This document shows, in pieces, positions 8,381 to 19,750 of a DNA stretch of 64,000 nucleotides. The first letter of the stretch is position 1; every line of letters starts with the position of its first letter. Both the position numbers and the translations under genes were made by a program. The notes under the pieces were generated by a model. It was not told the DNA's origin. It worked only from the letters and a program-made list of their open reading frames with translations, and ran no database searches. The DNA is from Calditrichaceae bacterium (lineage in GTDB: Bacteria > Calditrichota > Calditrichia > Calditrichales > JBFXGD01). The stretch lies in assembly GCA_050173015.1 (NCBI GenBank), contig JBFXLE010000014.1:36474-100473 (forward strand), read 5' to 3'.

Positions 8381-10705
8381 ATGAGCAGCGCGTGGCATAT
8401 ATTACATCTGGAGGATAATGACAGGGATGCCGATCTCATACAGTCCATTCTCCTGGCTGAAGGTGTCGATTGCAGATTCACAAGAGTTGATAATCAGAAT
8501 GATTATCTCGCCGCGCTTGATCAGCATCAGTTTGATCTGATTCTCGCGGATTATTCTCTGCCGCAGTTTGACGGTCTTTCGGCGCTCAAAATAGCGCAAT
8601 CCAGTAAGATAAATATCCCGTTTGTCTTTGTTTCAGGAAGTTTCGGAGAAGAAATCGCCATCGAAACCTTGAAAATGGGGGCGACAGATTATGTGTTGAA
8701 AGAAAGACTCAACCGGTTGGCGCCGGCGGTGAAACGGGCTTATAAGGAGGCGGAAGAGAGAAAAAAACTATTTAAAGCTGAGCAAACTCTTAGGGATAGT
8801 GAGGAGCGGTTCCGGAAAATTTTTGAAGAAGGTCCTTTGGGCATGTCCCTGAATGATATGAATTTCCGTTTTACCGATGTAAACAATACACTTTGCCAAA
8901 TGCTGGGTTACTCAAAATCAGAACTTCTCAATAAGAGTTTTCTGGAGATTACGCATCCGGATGACGCCTCCAGAAATCGGGAAAATATTGAGAAACTTTT
9001 AAATGGTGAGAGTCAGACTTATCAAACTGAAAAACGTTATCTCAGAAAAGATGGAAGTGTTATGTATGCGGGGTTGACAGCCTCGCTCATAAGAAATAAT
9101 GACGGCAGTCCCATGAGTCTTCTCGGAATGGTCGATGATATCACAGAGCGTAAAAAAATGGAAATCGCGCTGGTGGAATCAGAAAAAAAATACCGTACCA
9201 TTTTTGAAGAGTCGAGAGATGTCATCTTTATCAGCTCCCCGGATGGCCGGTTTTTAGATGTGAATCCAATAGGAATGGAGATTTTCGGTTATGATTCCAT
9301 GGAAGATTTTATTGGGATAGATATCGCAAAAGATCTGTATCAAAATCCGGAAGACCGAAATAAATTTCTTAATAATATGGAACGATTTGGATATGTGAAA
9401 AATTATGAAATATTGATGAAGAAAAAAAGCGGTGAACCGATCGTTTTTGTCGCCACGGCAAGCGTTGTCCGTGATGATAATGGCAATTTGATCGGATATC
9501 GGGGTGTTCTCAGGGATGTGACCGAAAACCGACAGCTCGAGCGTCAGCTTTTTCAGGCCCAGAAAATGGAATCGATCGGTATGCTTGCCGGAGGAGTAGC
9601 CCATGATTTTAACAATATTCTTACGGTAATTAACGGCCATGCCGAAATGATGCTGATGAAAATGCAATCCACGGACGCTTTCCATAGCGATGCGGTTGCT
9701 GTTCTTAAGGCGGGGAAAAGAGCAAGCAATCTGACACGGCAATTGTTGGCCTTCAGCCGCAAACAAATTATTGAACCAAAAATAGTCGACGTCAATAAAA
9801 TCATCAACGATCTTGATAAAATGCTTCACCGGCTGATCGGTGAAGATATTAGTATTCAGAACGTCTTATATGAAAAGTTAGGATACATAAAGGCTGACCA
9901 GGGGCAGATCGAACAAATTATCATCAATCTTGTTGTAAACGCCAGGGATGCTATCAATCAGAGAACGGATAAAGCATCCGAAAAGAAAATAACCATTGAA
10001 ACCTATGACATAAATCTTGACGAACCCTACGCCGCAAAACATCTTTCTGGAAAAGCCGGACCCTATGCCGTATTAGCGATAAGTGACACGGGAACCGGGA
10101 TGCCGGATGAGATAAAAGAGAAAATTTTTGAGCCTTTTTTTACCACTAAGAAAAAAGGAGAGGGAACAGGACTGGGACTTTCAACCGTTTATGGTATAGT
10201 AAAACAGAACGAAGGAAGCGTTGAGGTCTATAGTGAGATAGGCAAAGGCACGACGTTCAAAATATACTGGCCATGCGTCGGTGAATCAGAAATAACGGAT
10301 CACGAAGATGAGCCGGAAGAGATTATTGTGGGCGGAAATGAAACAATTTTATTTGTTGAAGATGATTATGCCGTCAGGGGGTTTGCATGCGAGACGCTGC
10401 GTTCATTCGGATATAATGTCATCGAAGCGGAAAATGGACTTGAAGCCCTGGAAATAGCGTATAAAATGAAATTTAAAGATATTTTGGTGATCAGCGATGT
10501 AATCATGCCCGAAATGGGAGGGGATGAGCTGGGAGAGAAACTAAAGAATGTCATCCCAGGATTAAAAGTGCTCTTCGCCTCAGGATACACGGATAATCAC
10601 ATTGTGCGAAGCGGTGTTTTAAAACAGGGTGTGAATTTTATCCATAAGCCCTATTCAGTGCAGTCACTGGCAAAAAAAGTTAGGTCAATTCTGGATCAAA
10701 AATAG
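8381..10705 (+). CDS. Hybrid histidine kinase REC-PAS-PAS-HisKA-HATPase-REC
   Basis: N-terminal REC (LHLED..LADY), two PAS/PAC domains, AHDFNNIL H-box, [14 protein letters not shown]-terminal REC (FVEDD..SDVIMP..KP); start 8381 or 8354. Confidence 0.92.
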   Translation: MSSAWHILHLEDNDRDADLIQSILLAEGVDCRFTRVDNQNDYLAALDQHQFDLILADYSLPQFDGLSALKIAQSSKINIPFVFVSGSFGEEIAIETLKMGATDYVLKERLNRLAPAVKRAYKEAEERKKLFKAEQTLRDSEERFRKIFEEGPLGMSLNDMNFRFTDVNNTLCQMLGYSKSELLNKSFLEITHPDDASRNRENIEKLLNGESQTYQTEKRYLRKDGSVMYAGLTASLIRNNDGSPMSLLGMVDDITERKKMEIALVESEKKYRTIFEESRDVIFISSPDGRFLDVNPIGMEIFGYDSMEDFIGIDIAKDLYQNPEDRNKFLNNMERFGYVKNYEILMKKKSGEPIVFVATASVVRDDNGNLIGYRGVLRDVTENRQLERQLFQAQKMESIGMLAGGVAHDFNNILTVINGHAEMMLMKMQSTDAFHSDAVAVLKAGKRASNLTRQLLAFSRKQIIEPKIVDVNKIINDLDKMLHRLIGEDISIQNVLYEKLGYIKADQGQIEQIIINLVVNARDAINQRTDKASEKKITIETYDINLDEPYAAKHLSGKAGPYAVLAISDTGTGMPDEIKEKIFEPFFTTKKKGEGTGLGLSTVYGIVKQNEGSVEVYSEIGKGTTFKIYWPCVGESEITDHEDEPEEIIVGGNETILFVEDDYAVRGFACETLRSFGYNVIEAENGLEALEIAYKMKFKDILVISDVIMPEMGGDELGEKLKNVIPGLKVLFASGYTDNHIVRSGVLKQGVNFIHKPYSVQSLAKKVRSILDQK

Positions 10706-10751
10706 ACAAACACCCGCTACACAACAGAATAATTTCTTCTATGCGATCCGG

Positions 10752-11429
10752 TTAACGTCCGTTTTTGTCTTCTACTATTTTGCCGTCTTTAAGGTGGATT
10801 TGCCTGGGACAACGGTCTGAAATATCCGGGTCATGCGTTATCATCAGTATAGTGTTGCCCTGCTGCCATAATTCCGTAAACAGGTCAATGATTTCCTGAC
10901 CGGAGTGGCTGTCAAGATTACCCGTGGGCTCATCAGCCAAAATAATTCGCGGGGCGTTCGCCAGGGCTCTGGCAATCGCGACTCTCTGCTGTTGTCCTCC
11001 GGAAAGCTCGTTTGGTTTATGATCCATTCTGTCTTCGAGACCCACGCGTTTGAGTAAATCAACCACTCTCGTTTTTCTTTTGGAAGCGGACATCCCGGAT
11101 AAAATTAATGGCAGCTCTACATTCTCATAAGCCGTGGCATATGGCAGAAGATTAAAATTCTGAAAAACAAAACCGATTTTGTGATTGCGTATGGCGGAGA
11201 GTTTATTGTCGTCCATTTTCCGGATCGGCTTCCCGTCAAGGAAATAATTTCCTGAACTGGGTGTGTCAAGACAACCAATCATGTTCATCAGCGTTGATTT
11301 ACCGGAACCGGAAGGTCCCATAATCGCCACAAATTCGCCGCCGCTGATATGCAAATCAATTTCTTTAAGAGCATTAACCTTAACTCTTCCGGTGTCGTAA
11401 ACCCGGGAAATATTTTCCATTTTTATCAT
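10752..11429 (-). CDS. ABC transporter ATP-binding protein (MacB/LolD type)
   Basis: [32 protein letters not shown]. Confidence 0.95.
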   Translation of the reverse strand: MIKMENISRVYDTGRVKVNALKEIDLHISGGEFVAIMGPSGSGKSTLMNMIGCLDTPSSGNYFLDGKPIRKMDDNKLSAIRNHKIGFVFQNFNLLPYATAYENVELPLILSGMSASKRKTRVVDLLKRVGLEDRMDHKPNELSGGQQQRVAIARALANAPRIILADEPTGNLDSHSGQEIIDLFTELWQQGNTILMITHDPDISDRCPRQIHLKDGKIVEDKNGR

Positions 11430-11461
11430 TTCGCTTCTCCGGTTAATAAAATCTGTGCCAT

Positions 11462-12712
11462 TTATTCGTACCTTAGTGCCTCCACGGGTTCAATTTTTGA
11501 AGCGCGTCTCGCGGGAAAATAACCCGAAGCCAGACCTACGATTCCGAGAATAATAGTTGTTGCCAGCGCGATGGGCAAAGAGAAAGTCGGTTTTCCCAGA
11601 AACTGAAGGGGACCTTCAGCTACCGGTATGCCCTGCAAAATCTTGATGATGAATAAGGCGATCATTCCGCCGATCAGGCCACCCGCCAGCGCGATAAAAA
11701 AGGCTTCCGATACAATCTGGGATTTAATAAAAGCGCGGTTGGCTCCAATGGCCCGTTTAACACCAATTTCCCTTGTTCTTTCTTTCACCGATACATACAT
11801 CGTATTGGCGACACCGATACTGGCGATCAGGAGCGTAAGAGCGCCAATCACCCCTAGAAACAGCTGAATGCCATCCATAATCAATTTTACTATCTTCGAA
11901 TTTTCAATGGTGTCCCAAACGAAGAGCGCCTTGTTGTCATCCGGGTCAAAACGGTATTTTCTCCCCAATACTCTGAATACTTCTTTTTTTACAAATGGGG
12001 CGGATTCCGCATGCTCAACCTGATAAACGATACGGCTCAGGTGTCTTCTTCCAAACAGTGATTTGAAAGTAGTCAATGGTATGCTTGCTTTTCCGGCATC
12101 GGGACCGTTATACATGCTCATCTGCATTTTATTTTTCATAACACCAATAACGGTGAAAGGAATATTATTGACTTTTATCGTCTTCCCAACGGCGGGCTCA
12201 TCGCCAATCAATCGTTGTTTTAATTCATCTCCAAGAAAGATCACGCGTCGGCTCTGCTCTATATCTATTTTGTTTATAAATCTGCCTCCGGCATCGGGAT
12301 AGTGAGTGCGCATATCCTCAAAGGATGGAAGCACGCCCGTAAAGCGGTCTGTCAGGGTCGTTTTACCGTAGTTGAATGAGGCTCCCCAGTAATCATATTC
12401 ACCGCTGATTCTTGTTATCTCAGGGATCTCTTTCTTTAACAATTCAACATCTTCTCCTGTAAAATTTATTTGCCGGCCTTTAGGAAGTCCCTGATAAACT
12501 TTGCCGGTTTGTCCTCCATTAACGATAACAATATTAATCCCCAGCCCCTTCTCTGTTATACTCATCTGCCGTTTTAAACCTTCTCCGAAAGAAAGCAGGA
12601 GAATAATGGACAGAGTGCCCCATGCGATGGCAGAAATGGTAAGCATAATGCGTTTGCGTTGTATTTTCATTTCCTTTAAAAAGAGACGGAATAGATACCA
12701 ATTTTTTATCAT
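11462..12712 (-). CDS. ABC transporter permease (MacB/FtsX type)
   Basis: One TM, periplasmic domain, three TM; GVANTM..SVKERTREIGVKRAIGA; PARRAS.IEPVEALRYE. Confidence 0.92.
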   Translation of the reverse strand: MIKNWYLFRLFLKEMKIQRKRIMLTISAIAWGTLSIILLLSFGEGLKRQMSITEKGLGINIVIVNGGQTGKVYQGLPKGRQINFTGEDVELLKKEIPEITRISGEYDYWGASFNYGKTTLTDRFTGVLPSFEDMRTHYPDAGGRFINKIDIEQSRRVIFLGDELKQRLIGDEPAVGKTIKVNNIPFTVIGVMKNKMQMSMYNGPDAGKASIPLTTFKSLFGRRHLSRIVYQVEHAESAPFVKKEVFRVLGRKYRFDPDDNKALFVWDTIENSKIVKLIMDGIQLFLGVIGALTLLIASIGVANTMYVSVKERTREIGVKRAIGANRAFIKSQIVSEAFFIALAGGLIGGMIALFIIKILQGIPVAEGPLQFLGKPTFSLPIALATTIILGIVGLASGYFPARRASKIEPVEALRYE

Positions 12713-12723
12713 GTATTTATCCT

Positions 12724-13953
12724 CTATGTCCGAATCGCTATGACAGGATCGAGGTCTGCCGCCCGTTTTGCCGGAAACCAGCCGGCGACCATACCAATTA
12801 ATCCCAGAGTCAGCAATGAAATCGAGGCATTAAGGGGTGAAATCGACAATTGACCCACATATTTTTCCAGCCCCATTAAATTCACCGCTGAAATTATTCC
12901 GTATGAAATCATAAAACCCATAGCCCCGCCGAGGACAGTCAATAAAAGCGTTTCAAGGATATACTGTCCCAAAATCAACATTTTCCTCGCGCCCAGGGCC
13001 CGTTTGATACCGATCTCCCTGGTGCGTTCCTCGACAACGATATTCATTATATTGGATAATCCGATACCTCCAACGATCAGCGTCATGGCACCGACAATAC
13101 CGAGAAATATTGAGAATCCTCCAAAAAAAGAATCCATAAATTTATCCGAGTAAGATGTATCCCATATGGCAAGCGATTCCTTGTCATTTGGATCAAAGCG
13201 GTGAATTTTGCCCAGAACCCGGTACATTTTATCTTTCATTTGTTCTGTCAGAAGAGGGTCGGTTGCTTTATATATCATGTTACCGATGTATCTGTCGCCA
13301 AATATGCCCGCATATGTTGATGATGGGATATACGTTGTATTGGCATCCCCGCCGTTGCTGTAATTAGAACTTTGAATCTTTTCCTTTAGCACGCCGATCA
13401 CGGTGAAGGGGATAGAATTAATCATGATTGTCTTGCCAAGACCGTTTCCTTTGCCAAAAAGATCTGTTTCCACCTGGTTTCCGATAAACACAACTCGCCG
13501 GCGGTATTGCAGGTCAAGTGGATTTATAAATCTTCCGCCCTCTGCGGCAATCATGTTCCGCAAATTAGTAAACTCCGGATAGACCCCGGACAGGTTTGTG
13601 GAGTACGATTCTTTTCCGACTCTTACCTTCACCTGGCGGGAATATTCAGGAGTGATCCAGCGGATTTCACTGATTTGTTTTCTCAATACTTCCACATCGG
13701 ATTCAGGAAAACCGATAAACCTGCCGCTGGGGAATCCTTCGAACGGGATACTGGTCCGGCCGGGCCACATAATGCAAATGCCTTCACCCAGCCCGTGTGC
13801 GGATTTTTTGGAAACTTTATACAGACCATCTCCGAATGTTAGCAGGAGTATAATGGCAACCGATCCCCATATGATTCCGAACATGGTTAAAGTTGTCCGC
13901 AATTTTTGATGTCTTATATCCCTGAACAACTGAATCAGATTTTGTTTGAACAT
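12724..13953 (-). CDS. ABC transporter permease (MacB/FtsX type)
   Basis: GGIGLSNIM..VEERTREIGIKRALGA; PAKRAADLDPV. Confidence 0.92.
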   Translation of the reverse strand: MFKQNLIQLFRDIRHQKLRTTLTMFGIIWGSVAIILLLTFGDGLYKVSKKSAHGLGEGICIMWPGRTSIPFEGFPSGRFIGFPESDVEVLRKQISEIRWITPEYSRQVKVRVGKESYSTNLSGVYPEFTNLRNMIAAEGGRFINPLDLQYRRRVVFIGNQVETDLFGKGNGLGKTIMINSIPFTVIGVLKEKIQSSNYSNGGDANTTYIPSSTYAGIFGDRYIGNMIYKATDPLLTEQMKDKMYRVLGKIHRFDPNDKESLAIWDTSYSDKFMDSFFGGFSIFLGIVGAMTLIVGGIGLSNIMNIVVEERTREIGIKRALGARKMLILGQYILETLLLTVLGGAMGFMISYGIISAVNLMGLEKYVGQLSISPLNASISLLTLGLIGMVAGWFPAKRAADLDPVIAIRT

Positions 13954-14000
13954 AATAAATTCTTTATGTTTTGGTTGACATTGCCGAATGCGATTATTTG

Positions 14001-15092
14001 TTATTCAATCACTTTGGGCGGTCTTTCAACAACGAGTGATTCTTTGTCTAAACCGCTCTGTATTTCTACATTGACTCCATCGCTCAACCCGAGAGATATC
14101 AGTTTCTTTTCAATGTGACCGGAAGTGGTATCTATGACTTCCACATAGGTGCTGTCATCTTTGAAAGTGACAAGTCGTTCGGGAACGTAAAGCACATCCG
14201 CGGCATTTTTGATGATAATATCCGCGTTTGCCGAATAACCGGCGCGCAATTCCACCGAGTTTGTATTGTCTATTGAAATTTCTATATCAAATAGCGTGGC
14301 ATTTTCAACTTTTTTTGCTTTTGGTGAAATGCGCGAAACTTTGCCGAGGACTTCCGTTCCGGGAAGCGCCCCTATTTTCAACTGAGCGGGCATCCCCAGG
14401 TGAACTTTACCTACATCGATCTCATCAATGGTACCACGAAAGATAAGTTCACTCATATCGGCGAGGGTATATACGGGAGTGCCAGCCTGATAGGTGGTTA
14501 AAGGCACCACCGGATCTCCGGCATTAACAAATTTCTCCAATACGGTTCCGCTGATCGGGGCTTTGATTACTGATTCCACAGCGTCACGGCTGTCACTGGC
14601 GCGGCCGTTGATAATCAGGGATAAACGTTCTTCGTTTAATTTCTTTTTTAAAACAGCTTCATCAAAGAGCTGTTTTTCTTTTTCAAATTCCTGCTTAGAA
14701 ATCAGTTTTGAATTTAATAATTCTTTCTTTCGTTCAAATTCGGTCTTGGCCTGTTCAAAAGCGACGTTGGATATTTCAAAATTCCGCCGCGCCTCTGTGA
14801 TTTCGAGCGGTGTAGGATCTGGCATGATTTCGACAAGGGCCTGACCGGTGTGAATTTTATCTCCCACTTCGGCATAAATTTTATGGACGATTCCCGCGAT
14901 TTTGGATTTGACCTGAATTTCATTTACCGGTGTTATTTCTCCGATGGCTAAAGCCTTTTCTACAATCGAACCTCGTTCCACCGGGACTTTTTTTATTTCA
15001 GCTTTCGTATCATTTCCGTTTCGCGTAAAAGCAAATATCAGAACCGAGATGATCATTAGAGCAATCAGACCGATAATAATTTTTTTCATCAT
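14001..15092 (-). CDS. Efflux periplasmic adaptor subunit (MacA/HlyD family)
   Basis: N-terminal TM, lipoyl halves (VKSKIAG..VGD; IKAPISGTV), coiled hairpin, beta-barrel domain. Confidence 0.9.
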   Translation of the reverse strand: MMKKIIIGLIALMIISVLIFAFTRNGNDTKAEIKKVPVERGSIVEKALAIGEITPVNEIQVKSKIAGIVHKIYAEVGDKIHTGQALVEIMPDPTPLEITEARRNFEISNVAFEQAKTEFERKKELLNSKLISKQEFEKEKQLFDEAVLKKKLNEERLSLIINGRASDSRDAVESVIKAPISGTVLEKFVNAGDPVVPLTTYQAGTPVYTLADMSELIFRGTIDEIDVGKVHLGMPAQLKIGALPGTEVLGKVSRISPKAKKVENATLFDIEISIDNTNSVELRAGYSANADIIIKNAADVLYVPERLVTFKDDSTYVEVIDTTSGHIEKKLISLGLSDGVNVEIQSGLDKESLVVERPPKVIE

Positions 15093-15283
15093 AGCCCCTC
15101 TCTGAATTAAAGTATCGCTTATTTTCCTGATAAATACGTTTGGAAATTTATTGATGTTGCATAGATTCTGTGTTTTTATAAAAAAATTTTACAGATATGG
15201 ATAATAACTCACTGTCCTGAGGAAGAAAAACAGCGATGCTATTGCATTATTGCTGAAAAATTTATGGGAGAATTGTTCGATGA

Positions 15284-16132
15284 CTACCAGTACAGGGAGA
15301 CAGAGAAACCATTTTTCGCGGGATATATCTGCCATCTGAATGATTCCGCGGCTCCGGCGTCTTTCAACCTGTCTGAATGTCGAATGACAAAATGAACGCT
15401 GGATATGCTCAACGCGGCTCCAAGAAAGGCATCAGAAGCCCAGTGGTAATCCTCATAGACCCGGGCCATAGCTCCAAGGGTACCCAAACCGTATAAAAAT
15501 ACCTTCGCGGGGAGATAATTAATTCTTTTGGCCAAAACAAGGGATGTACTGACGGCAACCATGGTATGACCGGAAAGGAAAGACCTGTAATGCTCATTTC
15601 TCCTGAATGGATCAAATTCATGATTACCGAGCTCCAGGTAGGGCCGCGCGCGTCCGGCGCTTCGCTCGGCTGTCACCTGAATCAAGCCTATAGGAACAAG
15701 CGCTGTGGTCAGGATAACAGTCGTTTCGCGAGCCCATTCGTTATCGGTAAATAGACCATATCCGTATATGCCGCCGGCGATCATAATCACTGTCAGAGGT
15801 TCTCCGTAATTTCTGCCGATTCTGCCCATGCTGTCGCCAAATCCACTTCGATTTTTCTTTAGAAAATCACGTATTTCGTTATCCGCTAATGACATTGCGA
15901 TGGCGCCTGAACTCACCGCGCCAAATGTCAGCCAGTCCCGTTTTTCCCATTTGAATGGGCTGTTTAAAACACGCGTCATACCGGATAAGGAGGCTGACGC
16001 ATCATTGTAAATTTTACCCGTTATACTTCCGGATGTAACTGAATTTTGGGCGTATAATGAGAAATTAAGTATGCACAAGAGCATAAATATCTTATAAAAG
16101 TTCAAAGAAAGCATTTCCTGTTGTTGAAACAA
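15284..16132 (-). CDS. PAP2-family phosphatase
   Basis: GRARP, SFLSGHT and ARVYEDYHWASD motifs (the canonical motif-1 Lys is Glu here). Confidence 0.85.
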   Translation of the reverse strand: MFQQQEMLSLNFYKIFMLLCILNFSLYAQNSVTSGSITGKIYNDASASLSGMTRVLNSPFKWEKRDWLTFGAVSSGAIAMSLADNEIRDFLKKNRSGFGDSMGRIGRNYGEPLTVIMIAGGIYGYGLFTDNEWARETTVILTTALVPIGLIQVTAERSAGRARPYLELGNHEFDPFRRNEHYRSFLSGHTMVAVSTSLVLAKRINYLPAKVFLYGLGTLGAMARVYEDYHWASDAFLGAALSISSVHFVIRHSDRLKDAGAAESFRWQIYPAKNGFSVSLYW

Positions 16133-16410
16133 AAATAAAATGATTTTGTATAGTTTAGAAAATATTATCCTCTAGAGGGTTTTGACCCAAATTGATGCCG
16201 AAGAATCATGCTCTTTAAAGTTATTTGCTTTTACATTCAGACGCAAGTTTTCTTAGGAGGATAATGTGAACCTGGCGGATATTCTAAATTCCGGTAGAAC
16301 GATGTAAATTTAAATAGGAGGAATTACCGGAATATAAGAAGCTATTTGCATCAATAAATCATTTCACATACATTATATTCATAAACCAATACTTAAGTTC
16401 GGGAATTCTT

Positions 16411-17478
16411 TTGAGCAAATCGTTACAAATCAAACAGATGATAAAGACTTTTATAATCATCGTCATGGGATGGATTGCCAGTATCTTTTTGAGTATGCGT
16501 ATTATTTCTAAAAACGCGTTTAGTCCGGACGATATTATCGATGCCACGTTAGGCGGAATTATTGTTGGTACCATCAGTTTCTGGTTTGCCATGAGTGTGT
16601 TTCCGAAACTCCACAGGCGTTCATGGAGATTGAATTTTATATTACTCCTGATAGTCCGCACCTTATTCTACGTCATCCTGCTCTTCGGAGTCATCATCAC
16701 GTTTGGTTTGGCGACACACAGCCTTCAAAAAAATGTCTCTGTATTCGAAATCCTGAATGATCCCAAATTTCTTGCGTTTTTAAAGAGCGGCGGATTGCTT
16801 TCATTGTTGATTTTCGTCGCGGCCGCCAGTTTTGTGATCAATTTTATTCGGCAGATAAATCGCCTTTTAGGTCCCGGTATGCTGTTAAAGGTGATCGCGG
16901 GCAGATACTATTCTCCGGTTGAGGAAGAACGGATTTTTATGTTTCTTGATCTGCGCTCATCCACAACCATCGCCGAGCATCTGGGGCATGTCAAATTTAA
17001 CCGACTTCTGAATGATTTTTTTCATGATATTTCGATGCCGGTACTTGAAACCCACGGGGAAATATACCAGTATGTGGGTGATGAGGTGGTGATCACCTGG
17101 ACTTTAAAGCATGGCCTCAAAAATATGAACTGTCTGCGATGCTTTTTTAGAGTTAAAAAAGAGGTGGATTCATCGGAAGCGAAATATCTGCAAAAATACG
17201 GGCTTGTACCGCAGTTTAAGGCCGGGGTGCATTACGGAAGGGTAGTGACTTCGGAAGTGGGAGATCTTAAAAAAGAAATCGTGTTCAGCGGAGATGTTCT
17301 CAATACCGCCGCGAGAATTCAGGCGGAATGCAATGGTCTTAAGAAAGATCTTCTTGTCTCCGAGGAATTAATGAATCGAATAACAATCATCCCGGGTTAT
17401 CGAAAGACAAATATGGGTGATTTTTTACTTCGGGGTAAAGAACATTCAATGGCTCTGTATGCTGTTGAAAAAGACTAA
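16411..17478 (+). CDS. Membrane-anchored class III nucleotide cyclase (adenylate/guanylate cyclase domain)
   Basis: About 4 N-terminal TM; FLDLRSST, YQYVGDEV, GDVLNTAARIQ, LRGK. Confidence 0.9.
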   Translation: MSKSLQIKQMIKTFIIIVMGWIASIFLSMRIISKNAFSPDDIIDATLGGIIVGTISFWFAMSVFPKLHRRSWRLNFILLLIVRTLFYVILLFGVIITFGLATHSLQKNVSVFEILNDPKFLAFLKSGGLLSLLIFVAAASFVINFIRQINRLLGPGMLLKVIAGRYYSPVEEERIFMFLDLRSSTTIAEHLGHVKFNRLLNDFFHDISMPVLETHGEIYQYVGDEVVITWTLKHGLKNMNCLRCFFRVKKEVDSSEAKYLQKYGLVPQFKAGVHYGRVVTSEVGDLKKEIVFSGDVLNTAARIQAECNGLKKDLLVSEELMNRITIIPGYRKTNMGDFLLRGKEHSMALYAVEKD

Positions 17479-17494
17479 ATTTGCCTGTTACGGG

Positions 17495-19549
17495 TCATGT
17501 CTCCGTTCTGCCTTTAATATAAGCGTACGTATCCATCTGAGAGCGAATTTTTTTCTCCCGAGGATCTTCCCGATATGGATTGGACTGATCTTTGTCGATA
17601 ATTCTGGCTTTTACGTTGTCATTTAGCTGGAAATCAATGATGTCGCGAATTTCCTGTCGCAAACTCATGTCATACACAGGAAAAACAACTTCAATCCTGC
17701 TGCTTAGGTTTCTCTGCATCCAGTCCGCCGATCCGGTAAAATATAATTCATCGCCGCCATTATGAAAAATGTAAACCCGGGCATGCTCAAGGAATCGGTC
17801 GATAATGCTTATTACTTCTATGTTTTCGCTCATATCCTTCACCCCTGGAATAAGACAGCAGATTCCTCTGGCGATGATACGGATTTTTACACCGGCATTG
17901 CTCGCTTCATAAAGACGCCGGATAATTTTCTTGTCCTGCAGACTGTTTAACTTTATGATAATTTCGGCTTTTTTGCCGGATTCGGCATTTAGAATCTCAT
18001 TTTTGATGAGCTGATAAAACCGTTTTCGCATGTTGAAAGGCGCCACAAGTAAATGTGAAAAGGCTATTGGGTCCGGGTTTCTGTTAAGATACTTAAATAA
18101 TGAACTGATTTCCGAAGTGAGACGCTTATCTGCCGAGAAGAAACCAAAATCGCAATATATTCGCGCTGTTTTTTCGTTGAAATTGCCTGTCGATATATAA
18201 CAATAATTTCTTGGTCCATCCGATTCATTCCTGGAAATGAGACAAATTTTTGAATGAACTTTCAAACCCGGGAAGCTGTATAGCACCTGTATCCCGGCAT
18301 TTTCCATCTCTTCAGCCCATTTGATATTCATTTCTTCATCAAATCTCGCCTTAACTTCGACAAACGCGGTTACTTTTATACTCCTCTTTGCAGCGTGTAT
18401 CAGATTTTTTACGATTTCGGAATCAGGCGCCACCCGGTAAAGAGTGATGCTGATGGCGGTAACGTTTGGATCATTGGCAGCCCGGGACAGAAATTGTGTG
18501 ACATAATCATATGACTGATAGGGGAAATAGACCATGATGTCCCGCCGGCTGATGATGCTGAACATATCCGGATTTGAATCAAAAATTCCGGAAGGCAAAG
18601 GCGGCATTGGTTCGTAAAGATGCCCCGTTTGATTTATAGCAGGGAAGGAGAAAAAATCATTGAAATTGTGAAAGCGGCCGCCCGCGACTAAATCTTCTTT
18701 ATTCAGATTGAGTGATTCAGTAAGGAATTTCAGGAAATCTTCCGGCATGTTCTGATCATATAAAAATCTGGATGGGACACCCGTGCTGCGCTTAGAGAGT
18801 CCTTTTTTGATCTTTTCAAGCAAATCACCGCTGAATTCATCATCCAAATACATTTGAGCATCACGTGTTAATTTAATGGAATAGGAAGATTCAATCTCAT
18901 ATCCGGGAAAGATTGAAGGCAGATTGAATCGAATAATGTCGTCGATCAATATGACATAACGCGTATCTCCCGTGGAAGGAATTTTAATAAAACGGGAACT
19001 CTGTTTTGTGGGAATTTCAACAAGGGCATATTTTGAACGGCCGGCGCCCTTCTGGCTTTTTGAGAGCAATTTAACAGCGAGATAAAGCGCTTTATTTTGA
19101 AGAAACGGGGCAACTTTCTTTTTTACAAGCAAAATAGGCTGAACATAGGGAATAATATTTGTGACAAAATATTCATGTGCAAATACTTTTTGATCCGCGC
19201 TCAGTTCCGTATCGGTAATAATAAATATGTTCTGTTTGGCGAGTTTCTCCAGAATATCTCTGTTGATGATTCCGAGTTGTTCCTGCTGATTAAAAACGGT
19301 TTTTTGAATCTGATCGAGTAGGAGTGCCGGGTCGAATTCAAGTTTTTTTCGTGTTTTTTTCTTAAGCTCCAGCAAATTTCTGAGCGCGGCCACTCTCACC
19401 CGGAAAAATTCATCTAGATTGGATGAAAATATAGCCATAAATTTTATCTGTTCATATAATGGTACATCAGGATCCATCGCCTCCTGAAGCACACGGTGAT
19501 TAAATGAAAGCCAGCTTAGTTCACGGTTAAAGTAGATAAAATCACTCAT
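17495..19549 (-). CDS. ppk1: Polyphosphate kinase 1
   Basis: NRELSWLSFNHRVLQEA, SSNLDEFFRVRVA, TLYRV, KARFDEE, LKVHSK, STGNFNE, RFLEHAR, SADWM.RNL. Confidence 0.97.
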   Translation of the reverse strand: MSDFIYFNRELSWLSFNHRVLQEAMDPDVPLYEQIKFMAIFSSNLDEFFRVRVAALRNLLELKKKTRKKLEFDPALLLDQIQKTVFNQQEQLGIINRDILEKLAKQNIFIITDTELSADQKVFAHEYFVTNIIPYVQPILLVKKKVAPFLQNKALYLAVKLLSKSQKGAGRSKYALVEIPTKQSSRFIKIPSTGDTRYVILIDDIIRFNLPSIFPGYEIESSYSIKLTRDAQMYLDDEFSGDLLEKIKKGLSKRSTGVPSRFLYDQNMPEDFLKFLTESLNLNKEDLVAGGRFHNFNDFFSFPAINQTGHLYEPMPPLPSGIFDSNPDMFSIISRRDIMVYFPYQSYDYVTQFLSRAANDPNVTAISITLYRVAPDSEIVKNLIHAAKRSIKVTAFVEVKARFDEEMNIKWAEEMENAGIQVLYSFPGLKVHSKICLISRNESDGPRNYCYISTGNFNEKTARIYCDFGFFSADKRLTSEISSLFKYLNRNPDPIAFSHLLVAPFNMRKRFYQLIKNEILNAESGKKAEIIIKLNSLQDKKIIRRLYEASNAGVKIRIIARGICCLIPGVKDMSENIEVISIIDRFLEHARVYIFHNGGDELYFTGSADWMQRNLSSRIEVVFPVYDMSLRQEIRDIIDFQLNDNVKARIIDKDQSNPYREDPREKKIRSQMDTYAYIKGRTET

Positions 19550-19750
19550 TTTTTTTCCTGATTTAAACTTAAAGTACCAGTCGAAATGATATTAATAAAT
19601 AACTAAGAAATGTAGTGCTACGACATTCTAATTCGAAATCAGATCAAATTCAATCGTAATTTGGCATTTTTACAATAAATATGATATATTTTCTGCCTTG
19701 TGATTAAGAAAAAAATGACTTTCGGAATAAACAAACCAGGGATTTGAAGG

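Noticed and set aside
10752-15092. MacAB-like exporter with two permeases and no TolC as a novelty
   Set aside because: This is a common arrangement, and the outer-membrane factor is often encoded elsewhere
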